From IMG/VR virus record IMGVR_UViG_3300045988_071280: DNA of 64,000 nucleotides; one strand, written 5' to 3'. This document shows positions 38,960 to 47,174 of this stretch, piece after piece. A program made the position numbers and the translations under genes. Under the pieces are notes generated by a model. The model saw only the letters and a list, made by a program, of their open reading frames with translations, was not told the DNA's origin and ran no database searches. The stretch comes from a virus. Numbering within the stretch: the first letter of the stretch is position 1; the number at the start of each line of letters is the position of its first letter.

Positions 38960-39832
38960 ATGAGGAGAATATTTATTTTTATAACATTAATATCATTAGT
39001 ATTTTTATTAACAAAATGTAATGGAGACATATATAAAAAGAATAAAAGTGAGTTAGTTAAAACACTTTCTTCTATGAATTTATATACAGTTCCAGTGAAA
39101 GAAAATTTATCTACTATAGTAACATTCGGAAAGGATACTTTAGCGGTAACTAATACTCCTATAAATATATATATTCCAAATGTATTAAATAGATTTGATA
39201 GTCTTAAATTAGATACTATTGCTGTAGATACTAATAACTTATTTAGTCAATATGCTCAAACCATATTATTTGAAGATATAGAGAGCAAAGATTATGATTT
39301 TAACGATCTTGTGATTTATATTAAAAATAAATGTAAGTATTTAAATAATAAAGATTACTTCTTGCAATCTATAGAAATCCAACCTATTGCTCTAGGAACA
39401 ACTCAGAATATAAAACTAGGATGTGTATTAAGTAACGGTTCAGAATATATTATATCTAATAATGTTAGAGAAGAGTTATTTAATAATCATAAAGGATATA
39501 TAAATACAATATCAGGAAAAGGAAATATTAAATTTAAATCCTATTTAGCACTTGATAGTATTAGATTAAATAAAGACTCTAATCCATATATTGCTTGGTT
39601 CATTGAAATAAATAAAGCTAGATATTATGCAGTGTGTTCTGAAATAAATTATGAGGAATATAATATGTTTGGAGATAAAGATATTCCATATGGATTAGTC
39701 TTTTATAATACTTTTACATATCCGGAAGAAGGAAATTCTATATTTGAAGTATATAAAGACTTCTATCTCTGGAGAGATGGAAAGAGATCTTCAATAGGAG
39801 AATATTCCGAGTCTAAATGCTATAAGTATTAA
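38960..39832 (+). CDS. lipoprotein with LruC/DUF4842-like domain
   Basis: MRRIFIFITLISLVFLLTKC is a signal peptide plus lipobox Cys. FEDIESKDYDFNDLVIYI resembles the FEDxWPxxGDYDFNDLVV signature of LruC-domain proteins, from memory. Start moved from 38897 to ATG 38960. Confidence 0.5.
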   Translation: MRRIFIFITLISLVFLLTKCNGDIYKKNKSELVKTLSSMNLYTVPVKENLSTIVTFGKDTLAVTNTPINIYIPNVLNRFDSLKLDTIAVDTNNLFSQYAQTILFEDIESKDYDFNDLVIYIKNKCKYLNNKDYFLQSIEIQPIALGTTQNIKLGCVLSNGSEYIISNNVREELFNNHKGYINTISGKGNIKFKSYLALDSIRLNKDSNPYIAWFIEINKARYYAVCSEINYEEYNMFGDKDIPYGLVFYNTFTYPEEGNSIFEVYKDFYLWRDGKRSSIGEYSESKCYKY

Positions 39833-39849
39833 AAACATCATTTAAATAA

Positions 39850-40146
39850 ATGAAAGATTTATATAACACTATAAATAAAATAATTAATAACAAATCTTTA
39901 AATTCTGAGGAAGCAACTAACTTAGTTCATATATATATTACAGAAGAGTTAGGAAAAGAACCAACTTCCGAAGAACTTACAGAAGTATTAAAATTACTAC
40001 AAAGAGGTATATTTGATTTTGAATATATGTTGGATATTATATTAAAGAAACCTCATGTATATGGATTATATACTTGTAGTATTTATTCTTCGTTAGATGA
40101 AAGTGGGAATAGAAAATTTATAAAAAGAACTCTTTATAGAAATTAG
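39850..40146 (+). CDS. hypothetical protein
   Basis: 98-aa ORF. Confidence 0.45.
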   Translation: MKDLYNTINKIINNKSLNSEEATNLVHIYITEELGKEPTSEELTEVLKLLQRGIFDFEYMLDIILKKPHVYGLYTCSIYSSLDESGNRKFIKRTLYRN

Positions 40147-40147
40147 A

Positions 40148-40315
40148 ATGGAAACTTATATTGATTTTGATGAACCTTATACATCGGATGTATTTGATGA
40201 TGTAGATCCTTTATTGGAAGTAGAAGAACTTCCGAAAGAAATTAGAAATGAATTATTTAAAGAAATCGAAAAAGAATTTGAAGAGGAAGAGGAGTCCGAT
40301 TTATTAAAAGATTGA
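40148..40315 (+). CDS. small acidic hypothetical protein
   Basis: 55-aa ATG ORF filling the gap. Below the ORF-track length cutoff. Confidence 0.35.
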   Translation: METYIDFDEPYTSDVFDDVDPLLEVEELPKEIRNELFKEIEKEFEEEEESDLLKD

Positions 40316-40317
40316 TT

Positions 40318-40530
40318 ATGAGAAATTTTAAAATTACTTTATCAACCGAAGAAATTATTTCAGAAGAAGAATTACTTGATATTATAAATTATTGTTATGA
40401 TACTAATTATTTAACTTTTTCTGATATCCCAAAAGAACTAATAAAAGAATATATAATTGATGAAATGGGAAGTATATTTTCTTTCGAAACCTCTAATATA
40501 GATATTAAAGAAGTACATTGTGAAGAATAA
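40318..40530 (+). CDS. hypothetical protein
   Basis: ATG 40318 (MRNFKITL) is preferred over TTG 40312. Confidence 0.4.
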   Translation: MRNFKITLSTEEIISEEELLDIINYCYDTNYLTFSDIPKELIKEYIIDEMGSIFSFETSNIDIKEVHCEE

Positions 40531-40792
40531 ATATATTGATATTACTAGGGAAGATTGGATTAGTCTAATCTCCCTAGATAAAAATAATCCAATAAATAAA
40601 AAATTGGGAGCAAAATTTATTTGTCAAGAAGAAATTAAGAAGACGGAGGAAACTATTTTATATAGAATATGTATAGAAGATATAAAATCAAAACGATTAT
40701 TTTGTGTTAAATATATTCTATTTAAAGATTCTGAAGGAAAGCCTGATATAGCAGTAAATACTGAATATACTGATAAGTTATATAAAATCTAA
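40520..40792 (+). CDS. hypothetical protein
   Basis: 90-aa ORF with a GTG start overlapping the previous stop. Confidence 0.4.
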   Translation: MKNKYIDITREDWISLISLDKNNPINKKLGAKFICQEEIKKTEETILYRICIEDIKSKRLFCVKYILFKDSEGKPDIAVNTEYTDKLYKI

Positions 40793-40796
40793 TAAA

Positions 40797-41846
40797 ATGC
40801 TTACATATTATTTAAGAAACTTCTGGCAGGATTGTAAAATAGATTCAATTCAAAAAATTCGAGAAGCTATTCCAAATATAGATGATGAAACACTTCTAGA
40901 AATTTTAGAAGGTAAAAAGAAAGCTGTAACTGAGGATGGTATAAATTTTACTATAGAAGATGATCATGAGGAAGATAGAATGTATTTAAGTAGAGATAGT
41001 ATACAAGAATCTTTTGAATACAAATTTAGGGATTTAGCTTCTCAGGTTATGGGATATTCAAAAGGATTGTATCTTGATACAGATGAGGATAGAAAACATT
41101 ATTACTCTCTTTTAGAAAATACTTTTAAAAAGATTCACGAATTGGAGGATAATTGGAAAGCTTTCTGTGTTTTGATAAAATGTAATATAAATCTAAAAAT
41201 TGAGGATTATCTTTATGACGAAGATTCTTTGGAAGTAGATGATGTTGATACATTTACTTGTGTGTCTGAATATTTAGATTCTCCTAATAAAGCTTCTTCT
41301 TACAAGGACCTTGTTTCTGCATACCTATCCACACTAAACTTTAGTTTTAAATATGCTCTAGATTATTTAACAAGAGAACATAACTATCAAACTATAGAAT
41401 TATTAAAATTAGATTTATCTAACGGATTAAAATATATCCCAGAGCATAAAAAAGCCCAATCTGAATTAGACACTCTTAGAGGAGATGATATCTTTCCAGA
41501 AGATATTCTTGAATGTATATGGAATAGTGGTTGGTTATCTCCAAATGGAGAATTATATGGATGTCCAGATTATGATCATATAAATTTCTCTGATAGATTA
41601 GTTAAATATTTAAATTTATCAGGAACAAATTCTGATAGAATATTAGAAACTAATGGATATATTAAATTCTCATGTGGAAGATGGTTATATATGGAGAAAG
41701 ATTTTACTCCTACTATAGCCCAATTAGAAACAATTTTAAAGTGGAATAAGGAAAAGAATAAAAGTCTTAAAATTTGTATTGGAGATGGATTATCAATGGT
41801 TAATGTAGATATTATAGAGTCTAAATTAAATTCTTTAAATAAATAA
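40797..41846 (+). CDS. hypothetical protein
   Basis: 349-aa ORF. Confidence 0.55.
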   Translation: MLTYYLRNFWQDCKIDSIQKIREAIPNIDDETLLEILEGKKKAVTEDGINFTIEDDHEEDRMYLSRDSIQESFEYKFRDLASQVMGYSKGLYLDTDEDRKHYYSLLENTFKKIHELEDNWKAFCVLIKCNINLKIEDYLYDEDSLEVDDVDTFTCVSEYLDSPNKASSYKDLVSAYLSTLNFSFKYALDYLTREHNYQTIELLKLDLSNGLKYIPEHKKAQSELDTLRGDDIFPEDILECIWNSGWLSPNGELYGCPDYDHINFSDRLVKYLNLSGTNSDRILETNGYIKFSCGRWLYMEKDFTPTIAQLETILKWNKEKNKSLKICIGDGLSMVNVDIIESKLNSLNK

Positions 41847-41847
41847 A

Positions 41848-42213
41848 ATGAAAGTACATAATTTCCAAATAGAGAAAAGAATGGAATTATTTAATCGGTG
41901 GGTTAAGAAAAGGGGCGAGAGAGATAACGATTTCATTAAATATTTTTATGATGGAGGTAATGATATATACATAACCCCATATCAATTACAAGATCCGGAT
42001 TATATCATCCCAGAATGGAATAAGACTATCCCTTCAAGTTTAAGAAAGTTATATAATAAAATAGGAAAATTATGTAAAATCGATGGTGATGTTATTGGAT
42101 ATTTTGCTGGGATAGTATGTGATTATACTGATTTTTATTATAGAATAGTATTAGAAGATGAACCTAGAAGTATTTTACATTCATGTGTTGGAAATATAGA
42201 TTTTATTGATTAG
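41848..42213 (+). CDS. hypothetical protein
   Basis: 121-aa ORF. Confidence 0.5.
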   Translation: MKVHNFQIEKRMELFNRWVKKRGERDNDFIKYFYDGGNDIYITPYQLQDPDYIIPEWNKTIPSSLRKLYNKIGKLCKIDGDVIGYFAGIVCDYTDFYYRIVLEDEPRSILHSCVGNIDFID

Positions 42214-42238
42214 TATTAACATTTTAAATATATTTATT

Positions 42239-42514
42239 ATGAATTATTCAGAGGTTATGGAATTACTAACTGATGAAATACTTGAGTTGTACGAAATAAA
42301 AAATAGTGATTACGGAAATTCTTTTTATAAGCAATTAGATGAGGATGGATTATTAGTATCTAAGATTAGATTACAGGATAAATTAAGTAGATTTTCATCT
42401 ATTATTAAAAAAGGTACTATAGAAGTAAAAGATGAGAAGCTTAGAGACACATTAATTGATCTCGCTACATACAGTATAATGACTGTTGCCTGGTTAGATA
42501 ATAAACAGAAGTAA
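42239..42514 (+). CDS. DUF1599-like protein (nucleotide-modification-associated domain 1)
   Basis: KNSDYGNSF...KIRLQDKLSRF...DEKLRDTLIDLATYSIM fits the DUF1599 pattern from memory. ATG 42239 preferred. Confidence 0.5.
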   Translation: MNYSEVMELLTDEILELYEIKNSDYGNSFYKQLDEDGLLVSKIRLQDKLSRFSSIIKKGTIEVKDEKLRDTLIDLATYSIMTVAWLDNKQK

Positions 42515-42527
42515 ATGAAATTATTTT

Positions 42528-42899
42528 ATGAAAAAGAAAACGTTTAGTGACTTAAAAGGAGGAGATTTTTTATATAAAATATGTAATAAAAAAGTTACTA
42601 AAGAAGAAGTATGTAGTACATATAAATATCCATCCGGAATGATTTATACTACTTTAATGTGCGATCTTCCATTTGAAGCTCCTGAATCAGAATCTGTATT
42701 TAAAGTCAAAAAATCTACTCATTACTATTACTATGTAATAAATAAAGAAGATATTGTTAAATACCAACTTATAATAGCAAAAGAAAAATTAAATGAGATG
42801 GAAGAACAATTAATTCCATCAATAGAGAAATTAAAAAAGCAACAAGAAAATTATTTAGAACAACTTAAATATGTTCAGGAGCTAGAAAGTAAAATATAA
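42528..42899 (+). CDS. hypothetical protein, paralogue A
   Basis: KKTFSDLKGGDFLY...YYYVINKEDIVKYQ. Confidence 0.5.
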   Translation: MKKKTFSDLKGGDFLYKICNKKVTKEEVCSTYKYPSGMIYTTLMCDLPFEAPESESVFKVKKSTHYYYYVINKEDIVKYQLIIAKEKLNEMEEQLIPSIEKLKKQQENYLEQLKYVQELESKI

Positions 42900-42900
42900 A

Positions 42901-43320
42901 ATGTTGATCATGAAAACTTTTAAAGATTTAAAAGAAGGGGATACAGTATGGATTATTGATTATAAAGATATTAAAGAATATAAAGTTCATTATTGTATAC
43001 CTTATAATGGTTATTATTGTCTAGTAATAGAAGGCTTTGGTATGGATCCATTTCGTAATGGAGAAGGGATTTGTGAAGAACATACTGTACGTCCTGATGA
43101 GAGTATCTACTATATTTATTATTATAAAAATATTAATTTTGAAACTAAAGGTTATATAATACTTAATAAAGAAGATATCAATAAATATCAATCTAAACTT
43201 CTTAAAGGTTATAGGAAACATCTATATAAAAGATTAAAAAAGGTAAGAAATTTAGAGAATTTATACATAAGACAGATAGACGAAGTTGAGGATATAATAA
43301 AACTTAAATCTAATGGATAA
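42901..43320 (+). CDS. hypothetical protein, paralogue B
   Basis: MKTFKDLKEGDTVW...GYIILNKEDINKYQ is a tandem duplicate of 42528..42899. Confidence 0.5.
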   Translation: MLIMKTFKDLKEGDTVWIIDYKDIKEYKVHYCIPYNGYYCLVIEGFGMDPFRNGEGICEEHTVRPDESIYYIYYYKNINFETKGYIILNKEDINKYQSKLLKGYRKHLYKRLKKVRNLENLYIRQIDEVEDIIKLKSNG

Positions 43321-43696
43321 TTTTAAAGTTGCTATAGTTAATTATATTTGTCCTATCTGTGGAAGAGTTGCGGAAGAAAATATCATATGTAATAGTTTAT
43401 TAACCCCAAAAGTAGCTTCCGAAGTAGAAAAACTTCATAATCAAAATGTAGGATATTCTGATCATGCTTGTAAAAATTGTGCTAAATATAAAGATGATGT
43501 AGTGTATTTTGTAGGAATTAACGAAGAAAAATCTACTAATAAAGATGTATATAGAACAGGTCAAATTGCAGGAGTAAGAAAAGAAGCTTCTTTAGTTTCA
43601 GAAGTTGAAAAGTTTATAATTACTTTAAAAGATGAAACTAAATTTTGCTTTATTGATGTGAATATAGGAAAACAAATAGGATTGTGGAATGATTAA
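43313..43696 (+). CDS. zinc-finger hypothetical protein
   Basis: CPICGR...CKNC. Confidence 0.5.
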   Translation: MDNFKVAIVNYICPICGRVAEENIICNSLLTPKVASEVEKLHNQNVGYSDHACKNCAKYKDDVVYFVGINEEKSTNKDVYRTGQIAGVRKEASLVSEVEKFIITLKDETKFCFIDVNIGKQIGLWND

Positions 43697-43706
43697 ATTT
43701 TAATAA

Positions 43707-44786
43707 ATGAAATTAATTAAATCAAATGTAGAAATATGGGATCAGGAAGAGGGTCTTGACGGGATTTATAAAAGTATTGAACGTGCAGGACGTATTTGTT
43801 ATAAAAGTTCTGATAAAATAACAGAAGATTCTGCTAAACTTTTTGTGGATAAAATGATTAACTTAAAGCATTATTCAATGCTTGAGCATGGTACTGTATA
43901 TTTACGACAGGATATATCTATAGAAGAATTAGCTTCACAGATTGCTCAGGGCAATAGTAATCCAGAATTATTAGATATATATGGAAAAAATCCATATTCT
44001 ACAGTTTATGGAGGACGGTTATTTGACGAAGATACATTCTCAATCTTAGTCACTACAAATTATAGAGTAATTATAGAGCATAACCGGATAAATGATTTAA
44101 AGTACTTGTGTGAACCTACGAAATTTCATGAGAAGAGAATTAGTGTTCATTTTACATGTGATAGGGGGGTATGGAATGAATTTATTAGACATAAAACTCT
44201 ACAAAGGGGAGATGATTGTGAAGTATATCTAATTGTAGACTATGATACTGAGCAGAATAATTCATTTGCCCAGGAATCTACGAGGTATTGTAATTTCTCT
44301 AAAAATAAATTCAATAATGAGATTACTTATATAATTCCAACATGGTTAGATATTCCAGAAGGAAAAATTACTATTAAACCTCACATTGGGGGAGATTGTA
44401 TTAAATCAACTCCATTTATTGATGATGATTCATTTATATCATATCATAAAGAATATGGTTCAGATAAACAAAGAGGAGGATATTATATAAATGATTTCCA
44501 TTTAAGTGATATAGATAATTCTCCTATATCTCTATTTATTAGATCTTTAGAATTTACAGAACAAGTATATTTAAATCTAGTTTCTTCTAATTGGACCCCA
44601 CAACAAGCAAGACAAGTACTACCTAACGCTCTTAAAACAGAACTTGTAATGACTGGATTTATTTCTGACTGGAAACATTTTATAGATCTTAGATATAGAG
44701 GAACTACTGGAAAACCTCATCCAGATGCATTTTATTTAGCAGAGAAATTATATAATTTATTTAAAGAAAAAGGTATTGATGTATAA
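43707..44786 (+). CDS. thyX: flavin-dependent thymidylate synthase (ThyX/Thy1), divergent and enlarged
   Basis: RICYKS, MLEHGTVY, RHK...SFAQESTRY (ThyX motif with an insert), LPNALKTELVMTG..HFIDLR. Confidence 0.7.
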   Translation: MKLIKSNVEIWDQEEGLDGIYKSIERAGRICYKSSDKITEDSAKLFVDKMINLKHYSMLEHGTVYLRQDISIEELASQIAQGNSNPELLDIYGKNPYSTVYGGRLFDEDTFSILVTTNYRVIIEHNRINDLKYLCEPTKFHEKRISVHFTCDRGVWNEFIRHKTLQRGDDCEVYLIVDYDTEQNNSFAQESTRYCNFSKNKFNNEITYIIPTWLDIPEGKITIKPHIGGDCIKSTPFIDDDSFISYHKEYGSDKQRGGYYINDFHLSDIDNSPISLFIRSLEFTEQVYLNLVSSNWTPQQARQVLPNALKTELVMTGFISDWKHFIDLRYRGTTGKPHPDAFYLAEKLYNLFKEKGIDV

Positions 44787-45112
44787 TGAAAGAATACATT
44801 CGATTTGGAGAAATTCCTGATAATGAACGTTCTGGTATATATAACAATGAAGGAGAGTTAATTGGAAGAGAGCGTGGAGTATCATGTTATGAATGTATAT
44901 GTTTTAATAATCAATATAGAGTCCTATTACCATATAGACCTACTAGATATACATGTATAACATTACATAATCTATATGAACGATATTTTGGCGGAGACAT
45001 TAACATGTACATTGTAACAGGAATTGCAGTTGGATACGGAAGTGATAATGAACCATTATTAAGAAATGTAAAGGTAGTAAAGAAACTTAATATAAAATCT
45101 TTTAAATCTTAG
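44786..45112 (+). CDS. hypothetical protein
   Basis: 108-aa ORF with a TAATG overlap. Confidence 0.5.
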   Translation: MKEYIRFGEIPDNERSGIYNNEGELIGRERGVSCYECICFNNQYRVLLPYRPTRYTCITLHNLYERYFGGDINMYIVTGIAVGYGSDNEPLLRNVKVVKKLNIKSFKS

Positions 45113-45138
45113 TTTTTATATATTAAATTAAACATAAT

Positions 45139-45612
45139 ATGTCAATAAAAATAAAGTCTAAAGTTTTAAAAGCTTCCGAATATACTCATTCCTTAATATT
45201 ATTCTCTAATAAATTCTTGGAAAATGAAAATTTTACTTCAAAAATAATATATTATACAGCTAAAGGTATCTTAAATCTCTTTTCAGTATCTAAATTAGGA
45301 GATTTTTTATCTGGATATGTTCTTCAAAAAGTATTTAAACATAGAGGAATATTTGAATATTGGGTAAAAAACAAATGCCAAACTAAAATTATATATAATA
45401 TACCTCGCTACCAATTAGACACCCTTATCGAACGTTGTGATAAAGAAAATATTCCAACCTATCAAGATATCGATTTTAAAACAAAAGAGTGTGTAGGTCT
45501 TTATATAGGACCTTATTGGACAAATAAATTATATTATGTCTTAGATAACAGAATCATCCAAGAAAAATTTGAATCAGATTTAGATATAAAGAATGATGAT
45601 AAAAATGTGTAA
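45139..45612 (+). CDS. hypothetical protein
   Basis: 157-aa ORF. Confidence 0.5.
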   Translation: MSIKIKSKVLKASEYTHSLILFSNKFLENENFTSKIIYYTAKGILNLFSVSKLGDFLSGYVLQKVFKHRGIFEYWVKNKCQTKIIYNIPRYQLDTLIERCDKENIPTYQDIDFKTKECVGLYIGPYWTNKLYYVLDNRIIQEKFESDLDIKNDDKNV

Positions 45613-45632
45613 AATAGATTTTAGAATTTAAT

Positions 45633-46340
45633 ATGAATAAAAATAAAAATCCTTTCGTATCATATTCGGAGTTTTTTACTAAATTAGATCCTAATACAGA
45701 GAAAGTATCTCCAGAAATATTAGATATGAAATTTAAAGATTTAACAAATGATAGAAACAATATTTCTAACAGCCCTAGCAATAATGATTCTGGGGTATCT
45801 ACTAACAGCAGCTCCGATAATTTTAATTTTACTAAACCAGCTGATTCTAGCAATTTGGAAACTAGTAGAGCCAATGTGGGACAAAATCAAAAGAATGAAT
45901 TAAAGAAGCAGATTACTTCTTATATAAATTCTTTAGACATAGAAAATGATTATAAGAAATATTTAATTAGATTAGCTGAAAGAGAGAGTAATTTTAATCC
46001 AGAAGTAATAAATGCACAAGGATTTAAAGGATTATTTCAATTTGGGGATGATGCTTTAAGAGACATTGGGATGACTACTTCTGATTATATGTCAGACTGG
46101 AAGAAGCAGATTGATGCTGTTATTAAATTTACTAATTTAAATAGAGAAAGACTTAGAAATACTCTAAGAGGAACTAATGGAAAAGATATAGATGGGACTA
46201 AAATAAATGAATGGGGCTTGTTAGGAGCTGCGCATTTAGGTGGTGTTAGAGGAGTAAACAAGTTCCTGTTTAAAGGAGCCAATCCAGTTGATGCGAATAA
46301 TACTAGTATAAAAGATTATTTAATATACTTTAGTAAGTAA
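45633..46340 (+). CDS. lytic transglycosylase (SLT domain) / lysin candidate
   Basis: AERESNFNPEVINAQGFKGLFQF matches the SLT E-S...GLMQ signature. The N-terminal region is low-complexity and Ser/Asn-rich. Confidence 0.65.
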   Translation: MNKNKNPFVSYSEFFTKLDPNTEKVSPEILDMKFKDLTNDRNNISNSPSNNDSGVSTNSSSDNFNFTKPADSSNLETSRANVGQNQKNELKKQITSYINSLDIENDYKKYLIRLAERESNFNPEVINAQGFKGLFQFGDDALRDIGMTTSDYMSDWKKQIDAVIKFTNLNRERLRNTLRGTNGKDIDGTKINEWGLLGAAHLGGVRGVNKFLFKGANPVDANNTSIKDYLIYFSK

Positions 46341-46645
46341 TGAAATATAAAGATATTGTATTAATATTCTATTGTTTATTAATTGTAATATTAACATTTG
46401 GAATTGGAAGAATCTCAGGAAAGATTTCATATCAAAGTGATATATTAAAAGAGAATTTAAATATACAAAACTATCTTCCATCTATAGATATTAGAAGATA
46501 TTCTCCGGTAAGTGAGACCGAACAATCTTTATTAAATAAAATGAGTAAAGAAGGTTATTGCTTAGTTGATGTAACAACTGAAAATGGAAGAGTATTTTAC
46601 TATTTTCAAAAGATAGTATATAAGAAAGAATTTAATTTAAAATAA
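46340..46645 (+). CDS. small membrane protein (possible lysis accessory)
   Basis: N-terminal TM segment IVLIFYCLLIVILTFGIG, with a start overlapping the lysin stop. Confidence 0.45.
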   Translation: MKYKDIVLIFYCLLIVILTFGIGRISGKISYQSDILKENLNIQNYLPSIDIRRYSPVSETEQSLLNKMSKEGYCLVDVTTENGRVFYYFQKIVYKKEFNLK

Positions 46646-46647
46646 AG

Positions 46648-46690
46648 AAACCCTAGCAGTGCATTATGCATTGTTAGGGTTTTTCTTTTT
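46648..46690. terminator. bidirectional intrinsic terminator at the strand switch
   Basis: Long hairpin AAACCCTAGCAGTGCA-TTA-TGCATTGTTAGGGTTT, flanked by A-rich 5' and T-rich 3' runs, between convergent genes. Confidence 0.75.
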
Positions 46691-47161
46691 TTATTTGGCT
46701 GGATATTTTTTATTAGATATGTATTTTAAGAATTTAAATTGAAATAATTTTCTAGTATTTAAATATTCTGAATTATTTTCATTATATCTAGCCTCAGTTT
46801 CAAAACATATATTTTTATACGCCATATTATATGGAGGTAGAATTATTTCTATAATCCAACATATTACATATATTAATAATGGAAGTAAAGGAGTAGCTAA
46901 AATCCACCATAAAGAGAGATTAAATATTAAACAAGATAGAACTGCTATAATAATAGATGTAATCCAAATCTCAGTCTGTTGATATACATGAATTGTTTCA
47001 TGTCTAAAAAATCTTTCATTAAGTCTTCTAGTATCACCTTTATATTCGCTTCTTATCCATAAAATAAAAATAGTTACCATAGCAAGAAATCCTTTAACTG
47101 GAATTAGTGGATTATATATTACTAATGGTAAAAGTTTATGTTTTTGTTTTGATGTAGTCAT
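46691..47161 (-). CDS. integral membrane protein with HExxH motif
   Basis: About four hydrophobic segments, with HETIH at 46988-47002. Confidence 0.5.
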   Translation of the reverse strand: MTTSKQKHKLLPLVIYNPLIPVKGFLAMVTIFILWIRSEYKGDTRRLNERFFRHETIHVYQQTEIWITSIIIAVLSCLIFNLSLWWILATPLLPLLIYVICWIIEIILPPYNMAYKNICFETEARYNENNSEYLNTRKLFQFKFLKYISNKKYPAK

Positions 47162-47174
47162 ATATAATAAGTAT

